From the NCBI GenBank assembly GCA_017694735.1, contig JADIMN010000040.1, positions 1 to 46,390 on the forward strand: a DNA stretch of 46,390 nucleotides, read 5' to 3'. Source of the stretch: Candidatus Alectryobacillus merdavium (lineage in GTDB: Bacteria; Bacillota_I; Bacilli_A; RFN20; CAG-826). This document shows positions 1 through 10,038 of this stretch, in pieces. The notes below the pieces were generated by a model. It was not told where the DNA came from. It saw only the letters and a program-made list of their open reading frames with translations, and did not search any database. Numbering within the stretch: position 1 is the first letter of the stretch; each line of letters opens with the position of its first letter. The translations under genes were made by a program, and so were the position numbers.

Positions 1-14
1 TAATATTACTTATT

Positions 15-860
15 ATGAAAGAACAAGATAAAATTTGTGAAAATTGTAATAAAACATATAATGAAAATTTCTATGAATGTCCATTTTGTAGAACAAAAAA
101 TTTAAATGGAAATCCAAAATCTATAAATAATCCATTTAATTATTTAGACTTTACAAGATCTGTATTAGTTTTATTATTTGGACTTATTATTCTTTATCTT
201 GTACAAATTCTTATCCAAGTTATTGCTCAAACAGTTTTGCTACAAAATGGTTATGATTTAGAGTACATTGAATCATTTTTATTAAATGGTAATTTTCAAT
301 TTAGCGCTAGTTTAGTTTCATATTTACTTGTTATTGGATCGTTTATTTTTATTACTTTTCCATATTTAAAATACCTTAAATCTTTTTTTAAAAAGTGGAA
401 AGAAATTATTTATACAATTTTGCTTACTGCTGCTTCAATTTTAATAAGTTTACTATACTCATATTTAATAGAAAATTTTACTTTTGTTAAAGATTCTATA
501 AACGAAAATCAAAGTTTGATAATATCAGCTATTCAAGATAATAACGCTCTTAGTTTTTTCTCAGTTGTTATTTTTGGTCCTATTGCTGAAGAAATCGTAT
601 TTAGAGTTGGCTTATTTAATTCTAGTAAAAAATTAAACAAAATCGCTGGATATATTATCACAACTGTAATTTTTGCGCTTCTTCATGTTTCTTTTACTGG
701 GGATTTAGCAGTTGAATTTATTTACTTTCCAAGTTATTTAATCCTATCTTTAACTTTAGTTTTTATCTATGACAAATTCGGATTTGAAAACGCAATTATT
801 AGTCATATTTTAAATAACTTAGTTTCATACATTGGTGTTATGGTAAGTATTTATGGATAA
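15..860 (+). CDS. CPBP-family (CAAX/Abi-type) intramembrane protease with N-terminal zinc ribbon
   Basis: CENC...CPFC zinc-ribbon at the N-terminus; multiple hydrophobic helices; EExxxR motif (GPIAEEIVFRVG) and a later FALLH motif typical of CPBP proteases. Confidence 0.75.
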   Translation: MKEQDKICENCNKTYNENFYECPFCRTKNLNGNPKSINNPFNYLDFTRSVLVLLFGLIILYLVQILIQVIAQTVLLQNGYDLEYIESFLLNGNFQFSASLVSYLLVIGSFIFITFPYLKYLKSFFKKWKEIIYTILLTAASILISLLYSYLIENFTFVKDSINENQSLIISAIQDNNALSFFSVVIFGPIAEEIVFRVGLFNSSKKLNKIAGYIITTVIFALLHVSFTGDLAVEFIYFPSYLILSLTLVFIYDKFGFENAIISHILNNLVSYIGVMVSIYG

Positions 861-1743
861 TGTTCAAATTAATAACAAACCTTTAAAAGATAGAATATTT
901 TGTATTAATTCTTTTGTATTAAAACTAATTGCTATTATAACAATGACTCTTGATCATATAGGAATTTTTTTATCTTTTATTCCTGGAACACAAGAAGCTG
1001 TATCTATTTTAAGACTATTAGGAAGAATATGCTTTCCAATAATTTTATTTTTAATTATTGAAGGCGCTAAATATACTAAAAATCAAAATAAGTATTTGAT
1101 TAGAATTGGCATCATGACCGCAATAATAACTGTTGCTCAACTTATAATGCAATACGCTTTAAGAATAATTGCTTACAACATATTTTTACAATTGTTTTTA
1201 GTTTTATTAACAATTATATTATTAAAAAGTAAAAAAATTTGGGTCAAATTATTATCAATATTGCCATTAATTTATGTAATTATTACAACTTCTATTTATG
1301 TATACCAGATAAATATGTCGTCTTATTTCTTTCCATCTGCTTTAATTCCAGATTATTTCTTATATGGATACTTAATGGGGATTTTAATGTTTGCCTTCAC
1401 TTATACATTTGATAATTATCTAAAAAAGAAAAGCGATACTATAGATATACCTTTAGATGAAATTAAGGAACAATACAATTATAAATTAACCTATAATTCT
1501 TTAATTTGTTTAAGTGTCATTATAATTGAAGTTATATATCTTTTTATAAAATATGTTTTTCCATTTATCAATTTATTTGGAGTTTTACAACAGTCTTATT
1601 CTATGCTAGCCTGCATATTTATATTTTTCTATTCTCATTCACTTGGAATAAAAAACAAAATTGTTCAATACGGTTTTTATTTATATTATCCGGTGCATAT
1701 TGCTTTTATTTATTTAATTTTTCAATTAATATCTATACTATAA
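853..1743 (+). CDS. TraX-family integral membrane protein
   Basis: N-terminal LKLIAIITMTLDHIG motif characteristic of TraX family; polytopic hydrophobic protein; 8-nt overlap with upstream gene. Confidence 0.65.
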   Translation: MDNVQINNKPLKDRIFCINSFVLKLIAIITMTLDHIGIFLSFIPGTQEAVSILRLLGRICFPIILFLIIEGAKYTKNQNKYLIRIGIMTAIITVAQLIMQYALRIIAYNIFLQLFLVLLTIILLKSKKIWVKLLSILPLIYVIITTSIYVYQINMSSYFFPSALIPDYFLYGYLMGILMFAFTYTFDNYLKKKSDTIDIPLDEIKEQYNYKLTYNSLICLSVIIIEVIYLFIKYVFPFINLFGVLQQSYSMLACIFIFFYSHSLGIKNKIVQYGFYLYYPVHIAFIYLIFQLISIL

Positions 1744-1763
1744 ATATTTAAGGAGAACAAAAT

Positions 1764-2081
1764 ATGTTAATACATTATTCAAATCAAGATAATCTTAAAA
1801 ATTTAATTGAAACTAATAAACTTTTAGTTGTTGACTTCTATGCTGATTGGTGTGGACCATGCAGAAGACTTGGACCAATCATTGAAGAACTTGCTGAAGA
1901 ATATAAAGATGTTACTTTTGTAAAAATTAATGTTGATAATTTTGCTCAAGAAGCAGCAATGTTCAGCGTTTCAAGCATTCCTTCAGTTTTTTACTTTAAA
2001 GATGGTAAGGTAGTAAATAATACAATTGGATTACTTCCTCATGATTCTTTAAAAGAAAAAATAGAAGCTTTAAGAAAATAG
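1764..2081 (+). CDS. trxA: thioredoxin
   Basis: 105 aa, WCGPC active site, AAGGAG RBS 7 nt upstream of the ATG. Confidence 0.95.
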   Translation: MLIHYSNQDNLKNLIETNKLLVVDFYADWCGPCRRLGPIIEELAEEYKDVTFVKINVDNFAQEAAMFSVSSIPSVFYFKDGKVVNNTIGLLPHDSLKEKIEALRK

Positions 2082-2087
2082 TTGAAA

Positions 2088-2125
2088 AAATGCGCTTTCT
2101 TATATTATAATTATAAAGCGCATTT
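2088..2125 (+). terminator. stem-loop after trxA (11-bp arms aaatgcgcttt / aaagcgcattt, 16-nt loop)
   Basis: perfect 11-bp inverted repeat read directly; lies between the trxA stop and tRNA-Gly; no strong T-run, so it could be a processing structure instead. Confidence 0.45.
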
Positions 2126-2128
2126 AAT

Positions 2129-2202
2129 GCGGCTGTAGTTCAGTGGTAGAACATCAGACTTCCAATCTGATTATGCGGGTTCGATTCCCGTCAGCCGCTC
2201 CA
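2129..2202 (+). tRNA. tRNA-Gly (anticodon UCC), CCA encoded
   Basis: Cloverleaf folded by hand: 7-bp acceptor gcggctg/cagccgc, D arm gttc/gaac, anticodon stem tcaga/tctga with loop cTTCCaa (UCC), T arm gcggg-ttcgatt-cccgt, 3' tCCA. Confidence 0.93.
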
Positions 2203-2218
2203 GTAATAAAAATTATTT

Positions 2219-2238
2219 AGAGGGAAACCTCTTTTTTT
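2219..2238. terminator. rho-independent terminator (agagg-gaaa-cctct plus T6), bidirectional position
   Basis: 5-bp GC-containing stem with GAAA loop followed by a T-run; sits between tRNA-Gly (+) and the convergent hydrolase gene (-). Confidence 0.6.
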
Positions 2239-3145
2239 ATTTATCTTTTTCAATAGAATTCAAAAAAGAAACAACAAGTTTTATAAATTCAATATTGTAA
2301 TCATAGTAAGTCATATGTCTTGAATTTTGGAATAAATGCCACTTTTTAAAACATTTTAAATGATCATACATTATTTTATTTTGATAAGGAGTAGATTCAT
2401 CCTCACTTCCAGAAATTAAAAGTGTTGGAACACTAATGTTTGAAAGTTTATCGGTATACTCATAATTTTTTAATTCACCCGTTACACTAAATTCACTTTT
2501 ACCCCATAACTTTTCATAAGAATAAGAATCATTTCTTCTTTCTAACTTTTTACAAGCAAGAACATTTTCTGGAATTTCTTTTTCATCTAATTTAGATGCT
2601 AAAAACATTTTTATATATAATTCTGTGGCCTTTTTAAACTTTTTATTGTCAAAATCCCCTTTATTTTCACACTTTTTTATTATTTTCTTATATTTATTTG
2701 GCATATAAGAGTCTATTAATCTATGAGATTCTTCGCTCCATAAAGAAGCAGATGATAAAGAATCAGCTAAAATTATAGAAGATACATACTTAGGTTTTCT
2801 ATCACACATCAGCATTATTATAAGCATACCGCCAAAAGAATGACCTAATAAGTGAACTTTGTGAAAATTAAAATAAACAATTATATTTTCAAGTTCATCC
2901 AAATAATTATCTACGCTTACTTTCTCTTTACTTCCACCAATTGACTTTCCACATAAATATTGGTCATACATTATTATCGTTCTATCATCATAATTAGACA
3001 TTATATCTAAACATTCAAATGAATTATGAGTTGATCCAGGCCCTCCATGTAGCAAAATAAGTGGCGTTTTGCGTGGATTTCCGACAATCATTCTCACATA
3101 AGTTTTACTATCTTTGTAAGGTATAAATAATTCTTTTATTTCCAT
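2237..3145 (-). CDS. proline iminopeptidase-family alpha/beta hydrolase (S33-like)
   Basis: LLHGGPGSTH oxyanion motif and GHSFGG nucleophile elbow. I place the start at ATG 3145 (MEIKELF) because the longer track ORF would run through the upstream gene's terminator hairpin at 3182-3210. Confidence 0.8.
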   Translation of the reverse strand: MEIKELFIPYKDSKTYVRMIVGNPRKTPLILLHGGPGSTHNSFECLDIMSNYDDRTIIMYDQYLCGKSIGGSKEKVSVDNYLDELENIIVYFNFHKVHLLGHSFGGMLIIMLMCDRKPKYVSSIILADSLSSASLWSEESHRLIDSYMPNKYKKIIKKCENKGDFDNKKFKKATELYIKMFLASKLDEKEIPENVLACKKLERRNDSYSYEKLWGKSEFSVTGELKNYEYTDKLSNISVPTLLISGSEDESTPYQNKIMYDHLKCFKKWHLFQNSRHMTYYDYNIEFIKLVVSFLNSIEKDK

Positions 3146-3181
3146 ACTAAAATTATATGATAATTTAAAAACACTTAAAAT

Positions 3182-3210
3182 AAAAATCCTCAAATTAATT
3201 GAGGATTTTT
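3182..3210 (-). terminator. terminator hairpin (aaaaatcctc ... gaggattttt) downstream of the 3239-4165 gene
   Basis: 10-bp perfect inverted repeat flanked by A/T runs. Confidence 0.65.
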
Positions 3211-3238
3211 TAAAAACCATTGCAATTCTTTAATATTT

Positions 3239-4165
3239 TTAAATTAATTGATATGTAACATTGCCATTTTCATCAATTACTTTTCTAAAAATTAAATCGG
3301 CTTCTTCATCTGTGTTGTCGTTTTCGACTTCTACATAAAATAATGTTTCACCATTTCTTTCAATTTTGTCAATTTCGTATTCGATATTATTTAATTCAAG
3401 TTCAATTTGTTTTTCGTTTCTTCTATCATCAAATTCTACGCTGATTTCATATTCATATACTTTTCTATTATTATTATAAATTGTGTATTCATAGCTATCT
3501 TCAACTTCACTACCTTCAGTTTCGTTTTCTTTTTCAATTATAATATAATTTGAAGGGTTATTTTCTTCTCTTAATCTAAAAGTTGATTCGATTTCTATTT
3601 CATCATCTTCTTCTGAAACAGTTGTAATAGAATTAAAGTTATACTTAACTTCACTTCCTTCAATAGAATATAGTGCAATTCCTTCATATAATGTAGTAGT
3701 TTCAGTTTCTAATTCATCATCATCGTGTTCAACATCTGTGAATGAATTTGTTTCATTATAATATAATGTATAGCTTTCTTGTTTTCCATTGATATCTTTT
3801 AAAGTAATAATTTCTTTAACAGAATACTCAGCTATATCACTTTCACTAACACTTGATTCAAACATATTATTATTTTCAAGAATCATATCAAATTGAGATA
3901 ATAATTGTTGAATTGTATCAATATCATTTTGACTAATATTATTTTTAGAATTTCTTAATTTTAAATTTTGTGTTCCAGAAATGTTTTGCATTAACTTCAT
4001 TGCTTCTAATCCAGTTGATGCTTGTTTAGCTAAAATTGATTCTTTTACCTCATCAACGTTTCCTTGGCTAATATCGGTTCCACCTAAACTTGAATTTCCG
4101 CATGATGCTAAACTTCCTGCGACGACTAATAATGCTAATCCTTTTAATAAATTTGTTTTTTTCAT
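3239..4165 (-). CDS. acidic lipoprotein, unknown function (paralogous to the ectodomain of the adjacent anti-sigma-like protein)
   Basis: Signal peptide with lipobox LASC-G; GGAGA RBS; D/E-rich; shares the NNISQN-containing segment with ORF 4288-5355. Confidence 0.7.
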   Translation of the reverse strand: MKKTNLLKGLALLVVAGSLASCGNSSLGGTDISQGNVDEVKESILAKQASTGLEAMKLMQNISGTQNLKLRNSKNNISQNDIDTIQQLLSQFDMILENNNMFESSVSESDIAEYSVKEIITLKDINGKQESYTLYYNETNSFTDVEHDDDELETETTTLYEGIALYSIEGSEVKYNFNSITTVSEEDDEIEIESTFRLREENNPSNYIIIEKENETEGSEVEDSYEYTIYNNNRKVYEYEISVEFDDRRNEKQIELELNNIEYEIDKIERNGETLFYVEVENDNTDEEADLIFRKVIDENGNVTYQLI

Positions 4166-4239
4166 ATTTAATTTCTCCTTTTCTTTTCCTTTATACTAAT
4201 TAATACGACTAAGTTTTAATTTTTATTGGAAAAAATAAA

Positions 4240-4269
4240 AAAATTCTTAAGTTTTTTCTTAAGAATTTT
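4240..4269 (-). terminator. terminator hairpin (aaaattcttaag-tttttt-cttaagaatttt)
   Basis: 12-bp perfect inverted repeat after the stop of ORF 4288-5355. Confidence 0.65.
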
Positions 4270-4287
4270 ATTTATTGTATTTTTTTA

Positions 4288-5355
4288 TTACTTTATTATG
4301 TCTTGCAAACCCGGACTTGAATAAATTCTTGAGTTTTCAATAAAATTAAGGTCGAATTTAAATCCTTCATAGTCGTCGTCATCTATTAAAATTTGATAAT
4401 AATCAGAATTTACTATTTTAGTAAAAAATTCAAATTCAGAATTTCTTGTTTCAACTTCTACACTAATTTGATTTGTATTTAAAAATGTAGACGAATTTTC
4501 AGATTCATATTGAAAGCTATATAAAGGATTATCTTCATCAAATCTTGTATTATCATTACTTATGTATTCAAAATATGAAAATTGATACTGACTTTCATCG
4601 TTTTCAATTTCTTTTGAAACACTTGCAACAAACTCCTTATAGAAAATGTAAGATTCAATTTCATATTCATCTTGTTCTATATCTTTTTCTAATAATACTT
4701 GATAATAATTATCATTATCTTGAATATATCCTCTATAATACCAACTTTCCTCGTCGTCATCTAATTCATTAAAAACTTCATTAATATATAAAGAATATAA
4801 TAATTGATCATTTAAGGTAACTTCACTTCTGATATCAAAAAGTTCACCTTTAATATTAAATTCTCCACTAAAAGATTTAATATCATAGACATTTTCCTTA
4901 TTAAATAAAGAATGAATACTTGGAGCAGCTAGATCAAAACCATTAACAATGTTTTGAAATTGGTTTTGACTAATATTATTCCTATTTAATTTTTTAAGTC
5001 TAGCTAAAGAATATGTTGAATCATTCTCATTATTATTCATTAAAGAAGAAATCTCACTAGCTAATAATTCACTTTCATTAGCATTAAGAATTTCAATAGG
5101 AGTATCAAAAATACCATTTGAAGTAGAATTACTAGAAGTTTCATCGTTTAAAGAAGTAAAGACAATTGCAACGACAGCACCGGTCAAAACAAGACTTCCT
5201 AAAATAGAAGATAAAGTTATTTTGCTTTTTCTTGATAAATGCTTTTTGTTTTTATTTGCAATAATTGAATATGATTTTAAAATATCATCTGCAGATGTTT
5301 TAATTTCATAATTTGTAATGTTGTTTTTTAATTTTTCTTCGTATTTATCTAACAT
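4288..5355 (-). CDS. single-pass membrane protein, putative anti-sigma factor
   Basis: 7-nt overlap with the upstream sigma gene; ~45-aa cytoplasmic head, one TM (ITLSSILGSLVLTGAVVAIVF), large acidic ectodomain. Confidence 0.55.
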   Translation of the reverse strand: MLDKYEEKLKNNITNYEIKTSADDILKSYSIIANKNKKHLSRKSKITLSSILGSLVLTGAVVAIVFTSLNDETSSNSTSNGIFDTPIEILNANESELLASEISSLMNNNENDSTYSLARLKKLNRNNISQNQFQNIVNGFDLAAPSIHSLFNKENVYDIKSFSGEFNIKGELFDIRSEVTLNDQLLYSLYINEVFNELDDDEESWYYRGYIQDNDNYYQVLLEKDIEQDEYEIESYIFYKEFVASVSKEIENDESQYQFSYFEYISNDNTRFDEDNPLYSFQYESENSSTFLNTNQISVEVETRNSEFEFFTKIVNSDYYQILIDDDDYEGFKFDLNFIENSRIYSSPGLQDIIK

Positions 5356-5888
5356 ATGTCTTCCTCCTTTATAATAGTTTTTATTTTTTTAATCGAATTA
5401 TTATAAGTGTAAGTTGCGGTGCCAAGTGGAATTTTAAGAAATTTAGAAATCTCCTCAAAGGTCATTCCATTTATTATATGCAAAACAAATATTTGAAATT
5501 CCTTATCATTTAATATTACTTTTAATTTATTCAATATGTTTTCTTGATTTACATCTGAAACAACGTTATCTTCGCTTTTTAAATGATGTGTTTCATCTTC
5601 TTCAATAAATCTTTCTTTTACTTTTTTTAAATAATCTAAAGCAATATTTTTTGAAATTACCATTAAATATCCTAAAATACTCTCCTTTGGTTTAATTTTG
5701 TGAGAGTTAGATAAAAATCTTACAAAAGTATCTTGAAGTAGATCCTCTGCTACTAAATGGTCTTTAACAATGGCTAAAATATTGTAAAAAATAGGATTTT
5801 TTACATCTTCATACAATATTTTAAAAGCATGCTCATTACCATTTTGGAAGCTAACAAGCAAATCATAAAGCTCAAAATTACTTTTCAT
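5349..5888 (-). CDS. RNA polymerase sigma-70 family (ECF-type) sigma factor
   Basis: 179 aa; region-2-like AEDLLQDTFVRF...ILGYLMVISKNIALDYLKK and region-4 HTH (MTFEEISKFLKIPLGTATYTY). Confidence 0.8.
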   Translation of the reverse strand: MKSNFELYDLLVSFQNGNEHAFKILYEDVKNPIFYNILAIVKDHLVAEDLLQDTFVRFLSNSHKIKPKESILGYLMVISKNIALDYLKKVKERFIEEDETHHLKSEDNVVSDVNQENILNKLKVILNDKEFQIFVLHIINGMTFEEISKFLKIPLGTATYTYNNSIKKIKTIIKEEDIC

Positions 5889-5953
5889 AAAGATCTTTAC
5901 ACTAATAAATACGAATTATATTAATATTTTATTGGAACAAAAATACATTTATC

Positions 5954-5981
5954 AAAAAAAGAGGAAAAATCCTCTTTTTTT
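5954..5981. terminator. terminator hairpin (A-run agagga-aaaa-tcctct T-run) after malQ
   Basis: stem-loop flanked by A7 and T7 runs, read directly. Confidence 0.65.
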
Positions 5982-5982
5982 G

Positions 5983-7452
5983 TTAATTATTACGACCTGA
6001 ATTATTTATAAGTTCACTTAAATATCCAAGTCTATTTTCAAAATCTTCAAAATCAACCATCTTATACTCCCAGTTAGGACTTCCAATAGTTGAAGGAGTA
6101 TTCATTCTTGCAGAATTATCTAAAGAACAAATATCTTGCATTGGTAAAATACAATAATTTGCTTTATTAAACAATGCTAATCTGCAGAAAGAATAAGCAA
6201 AGTCAGGATATGAAAAACCAAGTCTTTCAAGTTTTCTTCTAACAGCATTTCTCTCATCATCACTAATTCTATTAATCCAGCCATTAATAGTTTCATTATC
6301 ATGAGTACCAGTATAAATAATTTGGTTTTCAATATCTTTTGTACCATATGATTCTTTATATGGTTCAAAAGTAAATTGTAAAATATTCATTCCTGGGAAA
6401 TTATAATGATCTCTTAATACTAAGACAGAATTAATTAAGTCACCTAAATCTTCAGCAACAATTTTTAAATCTTTATGTTTTTCAAAAAGAGTATCAAAAA
6501 ATTCATATCCAGGACATTTTAGCCACTCACCAACTTCAGCAGTTGGACATGATGCAGGAATACACCAGTATGTATCAAATGCTCTAAAGTGGTCAATTCT
6601 TATAATATCAAAAAGCGAAGCATTAAATGTAAGTCTATCAATCCAGAATTTAAAATTAGTCTTTTTGATATACTCCCAATTATAAATTGGATTTCCCCAT
6701 CTTTGTCCAGTTTTACTAAATACATCTGGTGGTACACCAGCAATAAAAGCAGGATTATGGTTTTCATCTAATAAGAAGCATTTTTGATTTTCCCAAACAT
6801 CGATACTATCAGCACCAACATAAAATGGAATATCGCCCATTATTTCAATTTCATTTTGATTTGCGTATTCTTTTAATTTAGCAAATTGATTAAATGCAAC
6901 ATATTGATACCACATTTCTCGATTAATTTGATTTTCATATCTTCCAAGCTTAAACTTTTTATCAAGAATCCAGTCTTGTTGTTCTTTTGGCCATTCAGTC
7001 CACATTCTTAAAGAATTATTCTTTTTTAATGTTACAAAAACAGCATAATTATAAACCCAAGAATTGTTTTTCTTCCATTTTTCAAAATCTTTAAAATCTT
7101 CTTTAGCTTTGTATTTAAGAAAAGCTTTTTCAAGTAGTTTTTCTTTGAAAGGTCTAACCTTATCATATTCAACTATTGAATAGTTTTCATTAATAGTTGG
7201 AACTTTAATAAGAAGTTTTTCTTCTTTTAAAAAATCAAGAGAAATATAAATTGGATCAATTGCTTTACTAGATAATGGTTGGTATGGTGAATTTCCAAAA
7301 CCAAGTGGACCGAGAGGCAATATTTGCCAAATTTTAAAATTTGCCTTTTTTAAATCATCAATAAATCTATATGCGTTTTTTCCAAAATCACCTATTCCAT
7401 AATTACTTGGTAAAGATGAAATCGCAAGTAAAACGCCAGCACATCTTTTCAT
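5983..7452 (-). CDS. malQ: 4-alpha-glucanotransferase (amylomaltase, GH77)
   Basis: 489 aa; N-terminal AGVLLAISSLPSNYGIGDFG and RIDHFRAF, TGTHDN motifs typical of MalQ. Confidence 0.9.
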   Translation of the reverse strand: MKRCAGVLLAISSLPSNYGIGDFGKNAYRFIDDLKKANFKIWQILPLGPLGFGNSPYQPLSSKAIDPIYISLDFLKEEKLLIKVPTINENYSIVEYDKVRPFKEKLLEKAFLKYKAKEDFKDFEKWKKNNSWVYNYAVFVTLKKNNSLRMWTEWPKEQQDWILDKKFKLGRYENQINREMWYQYVAFNQFAKLKEYANQNEIEIMGDIPFYVGADSIDVWENQKCFLLDENHNPAFIAGVPPDVFSKTGQRWGNPIYNWEYIKKTNFKFWIDRLTFNASLFDIIRIDHFRAFDTYWCIPASCPTAEVGEWLKCPGYEFFDTLFEKHKDLKIVAEDLGDLINSVLVLRDHYNFPGMNILQFTFEPYKESYGTKDIENQIIYTGTHDNETINGWINRISDDERNAVRRKLERLGFSYPDFAYSFCRLALFNKANYCILPMQDICSLDNSARMNTPSTIGSPNWEYKMVDFEDFENRLGYLSELINNSGRNN

Positions 7453-7462
7453 AATTTTCTCC

Positions 7463-9121
7463 TTATTTTAAAATAACACTCGCATATGGCATCAAAATTA
7501 ATTTTCCATCTTCAATATATGAAGTTTCATTAATAACTCTGACCTCATCACTTATTTTAACATCGCTTGATATTAAAGACAAATCAATGGTTGCTTTATA
7601 ATAACCAACATTAGTTAGTGAATAAATAGTTTCTTCACCATTGCTATATTTTAAGCAAGTGTTAACAAGATTTGGAAGTTCAACACTTTCAACACTTCCA
7701 TTTAAAAATAAATCTGCATATTTATTTCTTAAGTTAATTACTTTCTTATAATGATATAAAAGACTTGTTTTATCAACTAATTGTTGATTAACTCCATCTT
7801 CAGGTTGCAAGCTTATATCATAATTACTTCCAACAGGATCTTTAGTTTCTCCTTCATGGGTTAAACTATCCCATATCATATGAAGTCTTCTATTGGCATC
7901 AGTATTTGATGAACCTCTAGTTCCATTTAATCCAATTTCTTCACCATAATATAAAAATGGATTGCCTGGAGATAAAAGAAGTAGTGATGCCATAACCTTA
8001 ACAGATTGACTGACATAATCCCCAGAAAAAGATCTTGCCCATCTATCTTGATCATGGTTTGAAATAAAGAATGCTGGATTACAAGTATCACTATTATTTC
8101 TTACAGCATTTGTAAAATCAGCAATACCTTTTGAAAGATCTTTTGCATTTCTTCTATTAACAGCACTCTTATAACCACTTTGGTCACTATCAGAAAAACC
8201 GAAAGCAAAATATGAATTATTAGATTCATAGTAACTTGTAATTGTAGCATTATCGGTCCATGCTTCACCGACAATATAAACACCATCTTTAATTGAATCA
8301 CAATATTCTCTTAGCATAGATAAAAATTCAATATTTTTTGCATTATTGCCATAAAAATAATAAATAACAGCATCTAATCTAAATCCATCTACTCCTGCAT
8401 CAAGCCAAAACTTTAAAATGTCTTTAATTTCTTCGATAACATATTCATTATCTAAATTTAAGTCTGGCATCGATGTATCAAATCTAGACTCATAATATAA
8501 TTCTCCGTATTTGTTATAACCAGTTTGTGGTGTTGTACTCCAATTATAATAATCTTTATATTGTCCACTACCAGTTAATGCTTGGTCATATGAATAAGAA
8601 AACCAAGGATGTTGTAAACTAGTATGATTTAAAACCATATCAATTATAACTTTTATCCCTTTTTCATGAGCAGAAGTTACTAAATTTTTAAAATCCTCTA
8701 AAGTACCATAATCACTATCTACATCTTTGTAATTAGTAACATCATATTTATGATAAGATGGCGAAGGAGAAATAGGCATTAACCAAATTCCATCGACACC
8801 TAAATTAGCTAAATAGTCAAGTTTAGATGTAACACCATTTAAATCTCCAATTTCATCTCCATCACTATCACAAAATGAATGAACAAAAATTTCGTAAAAA
8901 ACACCAGATTGATTTTCATAAATCTCACCAATATCATCGCTTGGAGCAGTAAAATCATAATCCGCTGAAATATTTGATGAAGAAGTTATGCCTATATCAA
9001 AACTAGTTGATCTTGTAGTATCATCACTAGAAGTAGATAAAGAGGTTGTGGTTTCGCCACAACCTCCTAATGAAACAATACTTAAGGATAATACGATTAA
9101 ACTTAAATATTTACTTTTCAT
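7463..9121 (-). CDS. extracellular GH13 alpha-amylase-family lipoprotein
   Basis: Lipobox LGGC-G; the four GH13 regions DMVLNHTS, GFRLDAV, VGEAW, FISNHDQ. Confidence 0.85.
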   Translation of the reverse strand: MKSKYLSLIVLSLSIVSLGGCGETTTSLSTSSDDTTRSTSFDIGITSSSNISADYDFTAPSDDIGEIYENQSGVFYEIFVHSFCDSDGDEIGDLNGVTSKLDYLANLGVDGIWLMPISPSPSYHKYDVTNYKDVDSDYGTLEDFKNLVTSAHEKGIKVIIDMVLNHTSLQHPWFSYSYDQALTGSGQYKDYYNWSTTPQTGYNKYGELYYESRFDTSMPDLNLDNEYVIEEIKDILKFWLDAGVDGFRLDAVIYYFYGNNAKNIEFLSMLREYCDSIKDGVYIVGEAWTDNATITSYYESNNSYFAFGFSDSDQSGYKSAVNRRNAKDLSKGIADFTNAVRNNSDTCNPAFFISNHDQDRWARSFSGDYVSQSVKVMASLLLLSPGNPFLYYGEEIGLNGTRGSSNTDANRRLHMIWDSLTHEGETKDPVGSNYDISLQPEDGVNQQLVDKTSLLYHYKKVINLRNKYADLFLNGSVESVELPNLVNTCLKYSNGEETIYSLTNVGYYKATIDLSLISSDVKISDEVRVINETSYIEDGKLILMPYASVILK

Positions 9122-9123
9122 AA

Positions 9124-10038
9124 TTATCCTTTTACAGCGCCTCCAGTAACACCACTTACATAGTATTTTTGCAAGAACATAAATAACAATGTAATTGGAA
9201 TTGCAATAACAACACTAGCAGCACAGAACTGCGTCCAATAAGTATTCTTGGTTTGAACATTACCAATCATTTTATTTAAAACAGTAGCAATTGTGGAATC
9301 ATATGGATGTAATGTGTATAAATATGAAGCAGTCATATAATCACCCCATGGACCCATAAATGCTAATAAAGCTGTATAAACAACAATAGGTTTAGAAAGA
9401 GGAATAATTATTTTATAAAAGATTTGTAATTGATTAGCACCATCAACCATAGCAGCTTCATCAATTGATTTTGAAATTGTATCAAAGAATCCCTTAGAAA
9501 CATAATATCCCATTCCAGCGCCACCGGAATAAATAATAATTAATGCGATTAAATTTTCTTTTAACCCGACTAAATCAGCCAATTGATAGAAAACAATTAA
9601 AGAAATAAAGCCTGGGAACATACCAATAACAAGAATAAACTTCATCATTAATTGTCTTGATTTAAATCTACATCTAGAAAATGCATAAGATGTAAATAAT
9701 GTCAATAATGTTGAGAAAATACAAACAAATATTGCAACAACTAATGTTTTACCAAAGGTAAGACCGAAGTTAACAGGGTTATTAGCACCAAGATCACCAT
9801 AAGTAAGCCATTTTCTTGTGGTACTATCAAAAACTCTATTATTAAATAAGTTTAAATAGTTGTCAAATGTCCATTTATCTGGAGCTGGCCAAAATTGACC
9901 CATACCAGTTACAGCGGCTCCATCATATTGACCAAGAGATTGTAAAATAATCCATACAATTGGTAATAACCAAATAATACATAAAGCAATAAGAACAATA
10001 TATATTATGGTATCAGTAATAATTCTACGAGTCCTCAT
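9124..10038 (-). CDS. maltodextrin-type ABC transporter permease (MalG-like)
   Basis: 6-TM permease with EAA loop DEAAMVDGANQLQIFYKIIIPLSKP; 4-nt overlap with the upstream permease. Confidence 0.85.
   Translation of the reverse strand: MRTRRIITDTIIYIVLIALCIIWLLPIVWIILQSLGQYDGAAVTGMGQFWPAPDKWTFDNYLNLFNNRVFDSTTRKWLTYGDLGANNPVNFGLTFGKTLVVAIFVCIFSTLLTLFTSYAFSRCRFKSRQLMMKFILVIGMFPGFISLIVFYQLADLVGLKENLIALIIIYSGGAGMGYYVSKGFFDTISKSIDEAAMVDGANQLQIFYKIIIPLSKPIVVYTALLAFMGPWGDYMTASYLYTLHPYDSTIATVLNKMIGNVQTKNTYWTQFCAASVVIAIPITLLFMFLQKYYVSGVTGGAVKG

Noticed and set aside
3146-3220. N-terminal extension of the hydrolase ORF (track start 3220)
   Set aside because: The extension would run through the terminator hairpin of the upstream gene. 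An internal ATG at 3145 gives a normal MEIKELF N-terminus.
3981-4772. Plus-strand ORFs 3981-4199 and 4545-4772
   Set aside because: They are antisense to well-supported minus-strand genes, have low-complexity hydrophobic translations typical of AT-rich antisense frames, and lack an RBS.
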